Of a stretch of 64,000 bases of DNA, positions 1 to 13,661 are shown in pieces. The stretch is from positions 102,300,001-102,364,000 of the forward strand of contig NC_059426.1 of NCBI RefSeq assembly GCF_021028975.2, written 5' to 3'. Within the stretch, counting starts at the first letter, position 1. The number at the start of each line of letters is the position of its first letter. Made by a program: the position numbers and the translations under genes. This DNA comes from Sphaerodactylus townsendi. Taxonomy: Eukaryota. The notes below the pieces were generated by a model. The model saw only the letters and a list, made by a program, of their open reading frames with translations, was not told the DNA's origin and made no database searches.

Positions 1-111
1 ACACTGACTGGACACAATATAGTTGTGTCTTTGTCCAGAGATCAACATGACCCTACTTGGTGCATCTAGATACACCCCAAATTAGTGAATTTTGAGGCAC
101 TCATGATTTTG

Positions 112-330
112 GGGTGTTGTGTGGTTTCCAGACTGCATGGCCGTGTTCTAGAAGCATTTTCTCCTGACATTTCACCTGCATCTGTGGCTGGCATTTTCAG
201 AGGACCCTCTGAAGATGCCAGCCAAAGATGTAGGCGAAACATTAGGATAAAATGCTACTAGAACATGGCCATACAGCCCGGAAATCACACCACACCCCAG
301 TGACTCCAGCCATGAAAGCCTTTGACAATA
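112..330 (+). mobile_element. Penelope-like element 3' end with inverted terminal copy
   Basis: ~95-bp arms form an imperfect palindrome centred near 204, followed by a tail typical of squamate Penelope ends (...GAAAGCCTTTGACAATA). Flanked by a 14-bp direct repeat, CACTCATGATTTTG (98-111) and CACTCATGACTTTG (331-344). Confidence 0.7.
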
Positions 331-1834
331 CACTCATGACTTTGTTTTTTTACCTAGGAAAAGCTAAGCTGAAGTTTTGGAATTCACCAATAAAGTACAA
401 CAGGCAATAATTTCTGGAGGCTACTCAAAGTCTGCTTCATACTTTTGGAGTTTTTGGGTAGCCTCATAGTGGAGTCAGTGACATATTTAACCCAGTGCCC
501 TGTGGACAACCATAAGAACTTGTTACTACAAAGGAACTACAGAATTATACACAACCATTAATAATCTAACTTTCCTGTTCTTCACAAGTGATTAGAACCA
601 AAGCATATGCTAAAGTCACTAGGTGTACACTGGGTACATGAAAGCTCAAAATTCGATGATGGACACTCACACAGAATGTGGTTCCATATATTACAACTTG
701 GTTTGGGACCATTTGTTTTGAGGAAGCTATTTTAGGTGGCATTTCCATAAGACCTGTAATATGCTCTCTGGACTTCAGAGAATGGCTCAGATTCACTAGA
801 GTTTTCTTGTGGGTGGAAAGATTACTCCCCATGGATCGAGATTTTCTTATCCTCCCTCCCACTGCAGCACAAAATGCCACCTAGTGCTGTTCCTGATGGA
901 GGGAGAACCCCAGGAATCACATTCCAACTGCTGCGAGGGGGGGGGGGGTTCCACAGAAAAAACTCTAGAGGATTTAAGCCAGTGACTTGATGTAATTTAA
1001 ACAAGTATGGAGAGAATGCATACATCTGTTTTGCTTTGTTTTACTGCCCTTACAATGTGACATGGCAAAAGGAATTTTTGTATATGCGTGAGCATGCACA
1101 TAGTCATGTACAAACTCATTTTGAAACACTTGGCACATCCCCCAATGCATATTCTTCAAATGTTACTTTGGTAGCTGCAGATGAACAGACACTTCTCTGC
1201 TTCCACCACTTTTTAAAAAATGTCCAGAGCTACTAAACAGCTGCATGTAGCATGTTTATTCAAATGATCATCCCACTGAGATCAATCGGACTTATTCCTG
1301 GATAAACATGTTTGGGATTTGCATGTCAGCATCATAGACAACTACAAACCTTTACATATTACCCATAAAGAGGTGAAAACAAGAGGCAAAAGGGCAATGT
1401 GATGGACAGATCTTCCCTGCAGGCATTTCACTGAACTCCCCCACAACTGCAAAACTTAATCATCTATAGCTTCAATTCTGATAAGCTAGTTTTTCATTAT
1501 ATAATACTTTTTAAATGCAGTAAGATTTTAATTTTTTTTAAATACGGTCCATGTATTATAATTTAACATAAAAGAATTCAAAATACATTTGTAGTGTTGA
1601 ATGGAAAGTTCTTTTTGTAAACAACAAAATGAACCTATACTGCATGAAAATTCACTGAACCCTTACCACTAACATAACAAACCATCATGTTCCTATTACT
1701 TAAATATTGTTAAAATTTCAAAATATTTAAACAATTAACCCAAACAACATTGCCTCCCTAAGTTCGTCCATTTTGACATACTCAGTTCTGGTCTAGACAA
1801 TCAGAATAAGGTGAGAGAATCTTGGGATGGTACC

Positions 1835-2300
1835 AGTGGTGTAACTAGGCATACTGGAGTCCTGGGCAAAACCTGAGTTTGATGCCCCCCAGGTGCATGC
1901 TCGGTGCAACGCGCCCCCCCCCCCCCCGGCCCCTTTGTAGCTATGCCCAGTGGCATATCTAGGCAAACTGGAGTTTGGCACCCCCCCATGGGCAGCCGCT
2001 CTCCCAAGCAATGATTTTTTACACCAGGTCGTTTCAAAGTCACCATCACATTATAGAACATGCCCCAACTCACAAATCTGAACACAGCAATAGGCCATGC
2101 CACACAGCAGAAATAATTTTTTTGGAAAACATTTTCAAAATGCTTTCAAAATGCTTTATTACTGCTATGAAAACATTTTATGGTGTTGTATCCAGTCCCC
2201 CCAATTGGGGGAAACAGCATCACTTTCAATGTTATTTAAACTGGGAACCCCAGATTCTCCCTTTAAGGTTGTTGGCCACAAAAAGCTTCAGCTGCCCATT
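1835..2300 (+). mobile_element. Non-autonomous DNA transposon fragments with CAGTGGYRTA termini (hAT-like); related to 40166-41190
   Basis: Two heads at ~1835 and ~1948 share CTAGGCA(A/T)ACTGGAG and, in part, CAAAACCTGAGTTT with the head at 40166. The internal motif AAACAGCATCACTTTCAATG...CCCAGATTCT is also shared. Confidence 0.55.
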
Positions 2301-5300
2301 TTCACACATAAAGACTTTGTTTGGATTTTTTCCCCCTCATACAGTTATACGAATCAAATAGAAACATTTTTAGAGCGCACAGGATAAACAGCATTTTGAA
2401 CACGGTGCTGGTCCAGGCCCTCTTTCGTGAAGGAGGTCAATTCTTAGTCTGGATACCTGGTACTATTATATTGCCAAGACTGATCTCTTTCTAGATTCCT
2501 GGTTTCTCAATTCTTTTTCTAGTTTCCAGAAATTCTGTTCAACTCTTGGGCCTAACCACGGGCAGGTCAGGGCTGCCAGGTGCGGGTCAGGAGCTTGGAG
2601 GGGCAGAGACATAGGGGAGCACCATCTCAACAATAGAGATTCTGGTGATTCTTAGAGTGACACCATGTCACTCCTAGGTTTTCCCCAGAAGCGAGATCAC
2701 ACCACATGCACTGGTGACTTTTTAGAAATATATTTTTATCTCACTGCTACTCAGAGTGGCAGCAGGCAAAAAAGGTTGCTGGCAACCCTAGCACTCACTG
2801 CAGTATCAGTTCCCAGTACAATCCACTGAAAGCCAGGCATTTTTTTTTAAAAAAAATTCATATAGATTTTCACCTCTCCCCCAAAGTGTTAAAAAGTGTT
2901 TTTCTCTCTCTTCTGTAGACTCAAGTTACTCAAGATTTTCTGGGAAGTCTGATACAAGCAGTGGAATTGGTTTCAGCAGGGTTAGTTTGCACATCTCTCC
3001 CCCCCCACCCCCTGGTCTATTTTTACACTTGTGGAATCAGTTTATTTTTGTCAGCATGTGTCATAAATAATGAGAATTTTCAAGGAAGGGTGCTGTTATC
3101 ATCAGTGTTATTTTTGATGGTACCAGAAAATCCCCTTATTTTTAAAAAAATACATATCGATATAATGGTGAAGTGTTATAATTAAAGTTTAAGCAGCTTC
3201 TCTGAATTCCCAGTGTTCATTTTTGTAAAAAAGTGAGTCTTTCACTCCTTCCCTCCTAAAGATATACACACTTACACTTTCATTAACTCACAGTATGTTC
3301 CTTGGAGAAATGGCAGGGCAGCCACACAGTGAGACATTAAGAGAGCTACTAATATTTCTTTTCAATTTATTTTAGTTTCCAGATTTCAGTTTTGCTGCTT
3401 CAGTCACATGTAATGGGAGTCCATGCTGTGTGTGATTTCCAGTACACGTGGTCACTATTTTGTGTGAATGGACAATGCATCTATTTTCCATGTTCATGCA
3501 TCTTTAGTATACATGAACAAAACTCCAGATTTTTGAGGGAACTCACAAGTAATAGAAGAGTTTGCTCATGGTAAAAATGCACATTGCCAGGATCACACAA
3601 AATGGTGACTATGCATGTTGGGACGACTGTGTGCGGTGTACGCTCCTACTGTATGCAGTTGCAGGACCAAAATCAAACATCTGAAAAGGGCTTATGTGAA
3701 TCTCATTCTATTATGTAATGCTAAATCCAAAAGATTTAGAGTTAACTTTACAAGTTCTGAGGGAACCTATTTCCAAATACATGGATCAATTCTAGAGCTT
3801 CTTTAAATTCTGTTTTTGAAAAATCATCAGACTTAAAGGATTCAACACATTAAATTTATCTTTTGTTACAAGTGCCACAGGTAATCAAACAAATGAACAA
3901 TTATCATTCAATTTATGCTATGGCATAAGCACATAATATGAGATACCAGCATACCATGGAATTCAAAATGGTCACCAGCTATATGCCATACAGATTTGTC
4001 TGGTTTAATCATTTTAAGAGCATATTTGATCATGAGAAATTGGACTGAAAGGAAAACATTCTGACAGGTATGATCAGTGTATCATGTGATAAGAACAGCC
4101 ACAACCAGCAAATTTCCCCCTTATATTCAGTCCTTCAGAGCAAATGAAGCCATTTTGGAGATTTAGAAACCACAATTGTATATCCCATAGAGCATGGCTG
4201 TTTCACTGATGACTTGCTAACCAACATTGGGATAAGTTATATTCAACTGAGTGGTTCCCAACTGAATTACTCCAAAGTTCATCACTTTCCAACTAAATCG
4301 ACAAATGAATAACTGACTGCTAAATTAAAGTTTGTGAATTTAAGCAGTTGATATTCACAAGTTATAGCTAAAAGTACAAGATTAAGCATACTAGCCAGTC
4401 AGTGCCTCACAAGGCATCAGCAATGAGTTGTTGTGTTGTATTTGAAACAGTCATAAATAGCCCATGCATGCATACATATATGCAATAAAAGTAATTATAA
4501 CCTAAAAATCCTTTTGTACCTTGAACTATTATTTATTTGCCCTGAGCAAGGACATGCCAAGATGCTTAACACAAGGTTTTATTGCTCTGTTCTTCCTACA
4601 TTCCCTCCCCATCCTTCTTTTCCCTTCCTCCTCTGCTTTCTTCCCTTTCAGTCTACAGGGCTCTTGTCTGCCCAGAAGATACTTAATGTCTCCCTAATTG
4701 GACAAACTTCTAAACATCAGCAATGTAATAAACCACAGTTATTAATACACAACACAACCTTTAATACATTTGTTTCCCAGACTATTTTCATGGAAAATTC
4801 CTAAAGACTTAAACAACACTTAAACTGTTCTACTGATTCTAAGTTTCGATTATTTAGTTCTCTGCTGATTGCTGTTTTTATTGTTCAAATTTTATTTAGC
4901 GAATGGCTTTTAAATTATTTCAGTTACAATAGTTTCCTTTTGTTTCATTGAGTGCCATGTTAAGGGTCATTTTGTTGAGAGGTGGCATAAAGATAAGAAT
5001 ATAATTTTAAAGATGCTGCAAATACATGTCGATTTATCTTGAAAGATATTACTTATTTACCGGTAGTTATTTTCCTCTAGGTGGCTTTTACTACATTCTC
5101 TGTGTGGCTTTTACTACATTTTCTGTATTTTCCTGGACCTAGACAAATATGTTACCTATAAGCAGCCTTATTTGCAGCAGCCATCTAGAAAACAGGGCAA
5201 AGAAATAATCGTTCAGTGGGCTGAGGTTCTGTTTGGCCAGCAACTTCCCCAGCTTTTGCCATATCTCCACCAGGCCTGGAGGGCCCAGAGCTATACCAGG

Positions 5301-5945
5301 CAGCCATTAGGGACCAGGAGATTCACCAGGACACAGTGTCTTCCCGCTAAACCAGGAAGAGCAGTAAGTAAATTTGATCTAGAACATTAAGAAAAATTGA
5401 TCTAGAACAGGAACAGAATCTTTGAAAGTCACTACATTCATCTTCAGAAAAGCTTCAAGTTGGCATGTATGGGGCCAGTATGTGGTGTCCCTAGTCTCTA
5501 ACTGGAAAACACTGGGAGGTTGGTATGAGGATAATTGTTCCTTATATTGGGCTCAATCATATGCATGGAAAATAAATGTGAAAAGTTGGTGGTGGTGCAG
5601 AATTCATTTTCACAGTCTGATCTAAATTGGTTATGTTAATCCCTTTTGTTTGGGATATCAAAAAAGTGGTAATGGCAAAGTATGTTCCCCTGATGGCAAC
5701 AGAACTAAAACTGGGAGCCAAACTAGTAAAGGTTCAACCACATTTATTACATTTACTTAAGTTTTGATGCAATGGTGATAATAACAAAAAACTTTAAAAG
5801 CTTGTCAAAGCAGATCTAAAGGGAGCAAAAATTAGTCACTTTGAGGCAGAACCTCGCTGATCTTTCAAAAGGTTTAAACCCACTGCCATCTGACCTTAAA
5901 GAAAATATTAAGGACATAAAGGAAAAGCATGCTCTGATGTCTTAC

Positions 5946-6119
5946 CTAGCAAAAGTTTGTTTTTATCTCTACAATCCGGTGTGTTCCATGGATTGTTACA
6001 GGAAGCCCAAGGCAACACACGTACAAATGATGCAAAAAGGTAGAAAAGTGTGTAGCACAATATAATATTATAATATATGGCTATTAGGACAGAGATAATC
6101 AGCATAGCAATGCCACAGC
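5946..6119 (-). CDS. SLC6A5: SLC6A5 exon 5 (TM3 and start of extracellular loop 2)
   Basis: 174 bp, ctgcag acceptor and GTAAG donor. Encodes (G)[57 protein letters not shown]. Confidence 0.97.
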
Positions 6120-6868
6120 CTGCAGAAAGAGAAACAGGGAACATTAGATGCCACCTTCCGTTTAGCTGCTAAAATATACAATGACCTGAAAAATGTCAAA
6201 AATAGCACGTCATATATATCATATATATAATTTTTAAATTGCACTTTGCCTAGACTCACTATGTCATACAGTTCAATTCTATCCACAACTCGGTTGAAAT
6301 CATAAGGGCTTATTCCCAAGTAAGTGTATAATGAACAGCACATGTATTTTTATTTGGTTAAACACTAAATCAATCCATGGTTGTCATTTGGTGAGCAGTT
6401 ATTCATCTCATTTGACACCATATGTGATTAGTCCTCTAAGAACCTTTATCGATATGCAAGGTAAAAAGCAAGCAGCACGAACACTCTTAAAACACACTGC
6501 TTTGTTGCAATTTAAGTGTGCCTAGATCCCAGGGTGCCTTTGCCTCTTGGTGTACATCTTGTTCATCTGAAATAACTCCTCCAAGCATAACTTCTACAAG
6601 GAAAGTGGATAATGAATGTGTTGTATGGTATTCATGAGTTACTCAGCAGCAAATGCAAGTATCATTACCCCATTACATGCATGAGATGCAATAAAAGTCA
6701 CATGCTCTCCTGCTGGGAAATGCAGGCAAGATTTACGAAAGCAGTGAAAGTGCCGCATTGCTACTCCATCAGTCAGCCTAAGGTTATCTCAAGGTCAAAG
6801 TCAGACTGCAGCACATCAGCCTCCATTCTAGAAACAGTGACACCCAGGAGATATATTTCTCTTGTTCA

Positions 6869-7093
<225 letters not shown>

Positions 7094-7599
7094 TCAGAGA
7101 CAGGGCCAAGCCCTCACCTTTCCCTTTTTGTTACCCCTGCTGTTTCTTTTTTGCACTTGTGCAGTGCAAAACTACTTTACAACCCTGAGAACATCACAAA
7201 ATATGACATAATTAGGAGAGCTTTGCTCTTTAGTAAATAACACGTTATTGACAGAAGGCCAGGGACCCTCCTGTGAAAAAGGTTTGAGCATCGGTCAGAT
7301 TGACAGACGGTATTTTCATGCACCATAAAACCTGTAATTACTACCGAGGCGGAAATGTTTCCCAGGCTGCTTCCCAACCATCCTCATCTATAGTAAGTCT
7401 TATCTATTTCAATCTGATTTCTTTTCAAGTAAACTGGTTTAGGCATGCGGTCTATAGGACGGTCTACCACTTTGTTATAGGACGGTCTTTGTCACAGGAC
7501 TTGCACAAAGGCAGCAGATAGATGTTCAGGATGTTTATTCCACGTTGGAAAGGGCTGATTCCTGGTTCCACAGAGGACTGCATCCTGCTCTGAAGTCAG

Positions 7600-8720
7600 T
7601 GGGGGCTGACTTCCGGCTAAAGGGGCGATCTTGCGTCCATTTCCGTGGGAGGAAGCCCCACTGACTGCCATGGCGCTCACTTCTGAACAAACAAGAGTGG
7701 GGTGGGGCAGTTCCTCTGCTTGGGATCGCGGGGCTCCGCCCTAGAGACTACAACAAAAAGCGCCTTGTTCAGTGTCCGGATCCTGGATCCGCTCCCGCCA
7801 AGCGACAGGCCAGGCGGGCTGCTCGGGGCGGCCACGGCTGCCCGCCTTGCTGCAGGTGGCGAAGCTAATTCAATTAGGGCTAATCGTGGCGCTCATCATC
7901 CCCGACAACTGCGTCTCCCGGCCTGCTGGCCCAGGGCGAAGCGCCTCCCTCGGAGGCGGCGGCCAAAACTGCCCTGGACGCAGCTGCTCCATTTCGCCTT
8001 TGCCTTGCAAAAATGTCGAGCGGTTTCTCCCTTTACTACGGAAGCGCCCCAGAACAGCCCAGATCGCGTTTCCCGCCCTGGCTGCGGCTGTGGGGATCGC
8101 TTGGCTGAGGCGTACCGAGAACGGCCACTTGGGGCGGGCTCAAGCAGACCGGGCCGATTCACATGGAAATGGAGATCATAGGCGAGGGAAATCGGCATGG
8201 GCTTCAGCCGCGGAGGGTGGCAGCTAATAACTGCCAAGAGCTCGCTTGATGCCCCCTCGCGACCCGGTCATCGCCAGTCGCTCATGCGACAATTTTGGAG
8301 GCTACCCGGCCGACGAGGAACTCTACGATGCAAAAGATGCGCCTTTGGCCTTGGCAGGGAAAGTGGTGGCATTTCCTCCCTGCTCCTGTCCTGGAAGGGC
8401 CAAGTTGGCCCGATCTCAACAGATCTGGGAAGCTAAATTGGCTCGACCCCGGTTAGCACGTGGAGGGAAGCCCAAGGCTGCTGCAGCAGAGTCAGGCAAT
8501 AGTATATTCGGTAGCCTGTTCTCTTGAAAGCCCTTCTGGGTCGCTGGAAGTTGACTTGAAGACACTTTCACCTCCCAAACAACCATCAAGTGTTTATGGG
8601 CTCGCGGCCTCTACGCCGAGCTGAGAAGCGATCTAGCGGCAGGTGGGGAAAACGGCTTGGACGAAAAGGGGAGGTCCGATCGACCTTTTTAACAAAGCCC
8701 GGAAGCCCTCCTGGGCAAGC
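7600..8720. promoter_or_regulatory. Intronic CpG island (SLC6A5 intron 3)
   Basis: GC/CpG-rich block with clustered TAAT motifs at 7865-7885 (CTAATTCAATTAGGGCTAATC) and a CTCF-like GCAGGTGGCG at ~7852. Confidence 0.6.
8405..8570 (+). mobile_element. 5S rRNA-headed Sauria-type SINE
   Basis: GCCCGATCTCAACAGATCTGGGAAGCTAA...GGTTAGCACGTGGA aligns by eye to internal 5S rRNA sequence. Followed by a Sauria/BovB-type tail (CTTGAAAGCCC..GGGTCGC..GACTTGA). Confidence 0.65.
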
Positions 8721-9850
8721 TGCTATGGGAGTTAAAACTCGTTTTTACACCTCCATAATTACCATCAAGCCTCCCTGGAGTTTTGGAGATAAACAAAAGG
8801 ATTTATTGAAATTATTATACTTTGTTTCTTTTAAGATTCACGTAAACGCTTCTTCATAGAAGCATGCACCCTAAAAGCTATACCCTGAAAACTAAAAGGT
8901 TGATGCATGTATTAAATTTGAATGGGACTGTGGGTGGCAAATAGTTATTTTCTAGTGCTTCATACAAAAAACTAGATTTTTTTAAAATCGGGTCCAGATT
9001 TGGGGGATGCTAGTATCCAAATATCTGAACAGAAAAATGAGCTTTCTTCGGTAATAAAGGGGCGCGAATTCTGAGTTATTTACAGTAAATATAGCAATTG
9101 AAGAGAAATGTCCTTAACCAGATGCCTATATGTTTTATTTTTATTCATGAGTGATAAAGTTAAGGTCTCTGAACGAAATTGTCTGGTTATTTGAGACAAA
9201 CCTTCCTGTATTTTTGTTCTGTAGTTGTAAAACTTTTTTAAAATATATGTTTTCATATCTGAAAGAGAATTTGTGAAGAGTCCAATCCTCTCCCCCCCCA
9301 CCCCTTGGGGAATAATTCGAGTACAGTTTTCCATCAGGCTTCTGTACAAATAAAGAAGCTTGGATAGTATAGACCCGGAATTGGTGGATTATCTCTACAG
9401 TGAAATACTTGATTTCGTGATATCAGTGTTTCTTCGTTTTTGCAAACTAGTATTCCGACCCTAGACATTTTTGTTTGCATGGGGGGAAGCCACCTGGGGA
9501 GGGCGCTCTTGAGCTGGCAAATGGCCCCGACAAGTAGGGGGGAGCAAGGCGTTCCCTCTTCCCTGCAATTGTTCCAAGAAAGGCACTCGGGAGGCGCTTC
9601 CTCCGGGACCCCAGCCTGGGGAGCTCCTAGTCACTAACGCGCAGCATCAATACCAGACCCTTCCAATAAAAAGGCTTCCAAAGCGTTTTCGGGAAGTTTC
9701 CATTTCACACGTGCCCACACTCTGCGCCACCGTTACCCCCAGCTCCACGACCCCCCTCCCTCTTTCACTCCTTCTAATTGGCCAGCCGGTAGTCGATCCA
9801 GAAGTCAGTTATTCAAGCCAAGCCCTTCGTTTCGACTGGCTTGTGGATCA

Positions 9851-10120
<270 letters not shown>

Positions 10121-11759
10121 TCAGTCTCAGATCTGTAAAGTCTGGCTGCTGCCACCAGACAGAAATACCTGCGAACGAAATTCAGCTGAGATGCAGACAA
10201 ATGGACAGAGAGAGACCTGGACCTATAAAATCTTAGAGACTGCAGAGTTTATTGCGGCAGGATCATGTATGAAACGTATCAAATACAAATGAAGAGCAAT
10301 TCATACGCATACTTTACTAGATAGTTTAGGACTCAATGAGTAGCTGGTGACCCTGTGATCTACTCCACTGATCTACTTCTGACACTATCCAGACACATTT
10401 AATCCTAATGCAACTGGCAATCTTTAGAAGTGATGGAGTAAGTAAGCATTTGTGTTGGGATCACACAAGAGCGTTGCTAATCTTCCCCTCCGAACTCTAA
10501 AAGCGGTTTTCAGACTTTCTCCTCCTACTGTTCTGTGCACCAGGTGTGCTTCCGGAAGAAAACCCAGAAAAGTTCCAGTGTAGGTTTCATGTTGGCATTT
10601 CACCATTTATGCCTTTTCACACTTGAGAAGGGCAAAACATAATAATCCCGGGGAGGTAAAGCTAAATTGTGTCAAGGGACTTTCAACGTAATCCCATTCC
10701 CTTAAAAGGGCCCTGAACGATTAATTGATAAACGGCTCAGAGTTATTGCCATGATTACCCAGGCTGCGTTTAAACATGTTCCCGTGGCTATCTGTCATCC
10801 CTTAACCCACATTGCCCAATAGTTCCCTCTTGCTAAAGTCTCCCTTTAGCTCTGTGCTCATGGAAGAGGTAATCGGGCTCAGTAAGGCCATTCGACAGCA
10901 AACGAACAACTTTGCACTTACCCGGGAGACTGAATTATGGTTTTGTGATTTGGGGTATCTACATAAGTTCAGTCAAAACGTGCCGGGACAGCCAGATTTT
11001 CAGCACTGTTAATTACCAGAAATACCGAGTAATGTTCACAGAGAGTAATCCAAAGCTCGTCTACTCCGAAGTAGGACCCACGTTATTCAGTGGGAACTCC
11101 TCGGAAAGTGCCTTTAGAACGGAACCCAAATGTTTAAAAAAACCCTCGAAACTGACTTTTTCGCGCCAGTCCTGCCAAGTTCCGGCAAAAATGGGCAGAG
11201 AGCAGCGGAAAGGGGGGGGGGGAGAGAGAGCCGAATCTCTCCATTGGTGGCCCCCACCTCGATTTTTTGGGGTGACTTTTCTTCCAATTAGGTCAGCAGC
11301 CTATCGCAATGCCTGCAATACCTGTTGGCAGCTCTCAAAGCAAGATTCTGTCACTAAAACGCAAAACCTTCCGAAGTTCAGCGAATGGATGCAGCAGATG
11401 TAGTAGTTAAACAGGCTTCCAATTGTGGCTAATTTAAGGGGGGCGGGGGAGAGATGGGAGGTGTTTCTACCATTAACCTTCGAATAAAAGAAAACGGGAA
11501 TCAAAATAATTCTTCTACGGTCGCCTTTTCTGGAACTCATTTTAAAACTGATTTGGCTCAAGCAACTCGCCCCTTAAAACGTCTTAGTGGGTTGACTTCT
11601 AGCCTGATACACCCATCATCGGAGAAAAACTGCCACCTTTCCTCAAAACGGAATGTCGTCTTGAAACTTAAATCGGTCTCTAACTCCGTCATAAAATATG
11701 CATTAGTTAGTTAGAATTTGGGGTTTGATTAAGAAACCTTCCAGGCAAGAGACGAAAAT

Positions 11760-12200
11760 GCGCAAGGTGACATCTGTGAACACGGATCTTCGAGTCGTGA
11801 TCCGCTCGCTAAGCTCTGGGCCCCTGGTTGGAGGCTGAGTCCTACCCGTGCCCAATTACTGTGGAGTAGAGAAGAAACAATAGGGCTTCTTCGGCGACGC
11901 GGATCCCACTGAGCCGCTGAGCCGGCTTGGGGGTCGGAGCACAGGGGGGCTGCTTCTGCCCCTGGCGCTCTCGGTGGCCGTGCCTGCCGTCGCCTCTCCC
12001 GGCTATTCCTGGGAGAGGCCGCTGTTCTGCCAGGGTATCAGGTGCGCCTTAACCACACCAGCCCCCTTTCCACCTCATGACGCAGTGCCCGGGACTTGCT
12101 CACTGACCCAGAGTAACCACTGAACTGTCTGAGATGGAGTGATTGATCACAGGGCCCGGCCCGGTGGGGCTTTGGGAGGGGACCTGGTAGAGTCCGCTGT
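11760..12200. promoter_or_regulatory. Small intronic CpG island (SLC6A5 intron 2)
   Basis: Locally high GC and CpG density. Confidence 0.5.
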
Positions 12201-13148
12201 TTTGCTTGGGTGGTTTTCCTGGTTGGGTTTTTTTTCTTTTGTATTGTATTCCTCTTTGGTCGGCAGGCAAAAGCGTTCCTACGAGGCTTCTGTTCCAACC
12301 GGTCTATAAAGACTACCAGGGGCGTTCAATGCCAAGAAAGAGCGAACTTGGGGTGTATGGGAACCCACACTTTCAAATATACTGCTTGAACTGTATATAG
12401 GTTCCTCTCACGCACGTGCCCATGTACACAACATAATGTTCTGCAGTGCGCATCACTCCCATTAATGGGGGAACCTGTTACAGTTTTCTTCACTAAGTTC
12501 TTCGTGTTTTATTAAATGGACGTTTTATATAGGCTGGAATAGCAAGACTGATGGGTGGGTTAGAAGTTTTTTTTAATCTCAGGTTTTCCACTTGCGGTTT
12601 CCCTCTTCTTCAAACACACTAAGCATTCCCCTCTACATGAATTTCCACGAGGGGGGGGGGAGCGGTTGTAGGTAAAAAGAGAGCAAGTGATCCTGAAAAT
12701 GCTTGCACTGTAATTATATCCCCCTGTGGTTAGAGCGCCAACTCCCAGGTGAACCCTGCCTCGAAGTCACAAGGAAACATTTAAGATTGATCTTTCCTAA
12801 CAGGCGGAACTCGCTGGAAGATGACCTATTACGATATACTGGAGGAAATTCCCTCCTCTTCGTTTTTTTAGGAAGGAAAGTTAGTCCGGTATTTATCTAT
12901 TGATTCTCCTGTCCTTTTATTGAGCAAAGCATTTTCAGTCTTCACTATGCTATTACTTTGGCTCCAATGGCTTTGGGGCCGTCACAGAGAGACGGTTCAG
13001 GGTCGCGAGTCAGCAGCCCTTAAAAGTGAACTAAAGCTTTGGCCCGCGACAACAATGAGTACGGCCAACTTCATTGGCACCGTGTGAATTCAGAGCACTT
13101 GTGCGCGACCAAGTGAGAGCATGACGGGGGGGGGGGGGGGTAACTTAC

Positions 13149-13661
13149 CTGTCCGAGACTGCCAGGCAGAACAGAGGTGTTCCCATCTGTGCCCAAGACC
13201 ACGGTGCTCTGGCTCATGGGCGCCCAACCGCCAGGGGCATTGTTTTGCTCCAGGGTGCTCTTACCAAGACTTTGATTCGTCTCCCTGTCTGTGCTTTGCA
13301 AGGGGGGAATTTTGCAAGGGGCGATATTGGCTTGTGCTGCGTTCCCTGCACTGGGGGCGTTCTGGAGAGGAAAAGGCTCTATGGCGTCTTTGCCGAAGGT
13401 GGCGTTGCCTTGCGCGGGGGTGAGTTTGCAGATCCCAACTTTGGTCCTCTCTGTATCATTTGGTTTCTCTTCGTCAGGCAGCAGAGTCTGGTGGTCGCCG
13501 GAAAGAGCTGTGGCCACCTTGGCTAACTGGGACGGGATTTGGGAAGGCAGGTTCTGCGGCTGCTCGCTTTCCGGGCTGTTACGGATCATCCCTGCGCTGT
13601 CCAGAGACCTGGTGGCCACCGTCTCGGGGCTGTTGACAAGCTGCTTCTGGCTGGTGTAATC
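13149..13661 (-). CDS. SLC6A5: SLC6A5 exon 2, long cytoplasmic N-terminus (171 codons)
   Basis: ctcttgtag acceptor and GTAAGT donor; 513 bp, open. Ends ...CKIPPLQ...GKSTLEQNN...GWAPMSQSTVVLGTDGNTSVLPGSLGQ, recognisably the GlyT2 N-terminus. Confidence 0.93.

Noticed and set aside
5077-5410. Short direct repeats (~24 bp at 5080-5126, ~15 bp at 5372-5410; also 35686-35725)
   Set aside because: Isolated two-copy slippage duplications with no array or spacer structure.
1-5945. SLC6A5 exon 6
   Set aside because: I found no sequence resembling DSC...KNSTFC...SEEYFK on the minus strand; presumed outside the window.
8405-8470. 5S rRNA gene (also at ~17730 and ~19840)
   Set aside because: Partial, diverged and fused to a SINE body and tail; these are SINE heads, not rRNA genes.
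7702-8527. Antisense + strand ORFs (159, 151, 93 aa) in SLC6A5 intron 3 as a nested gene
   Set aside because: They are GC-island ORFs with non-ATG starts. The 151- and 93-aa ORFs are separated by two stops, and the second half of the 93-aa ORF is a 5S-derived SINE. No recognisable domain.
13593-13613. REST/RE1 site in exon 2 (GGACAGCGC on the minus strand)
   Set aside because: Only the right half-site matches, and it lies in coding sequence.
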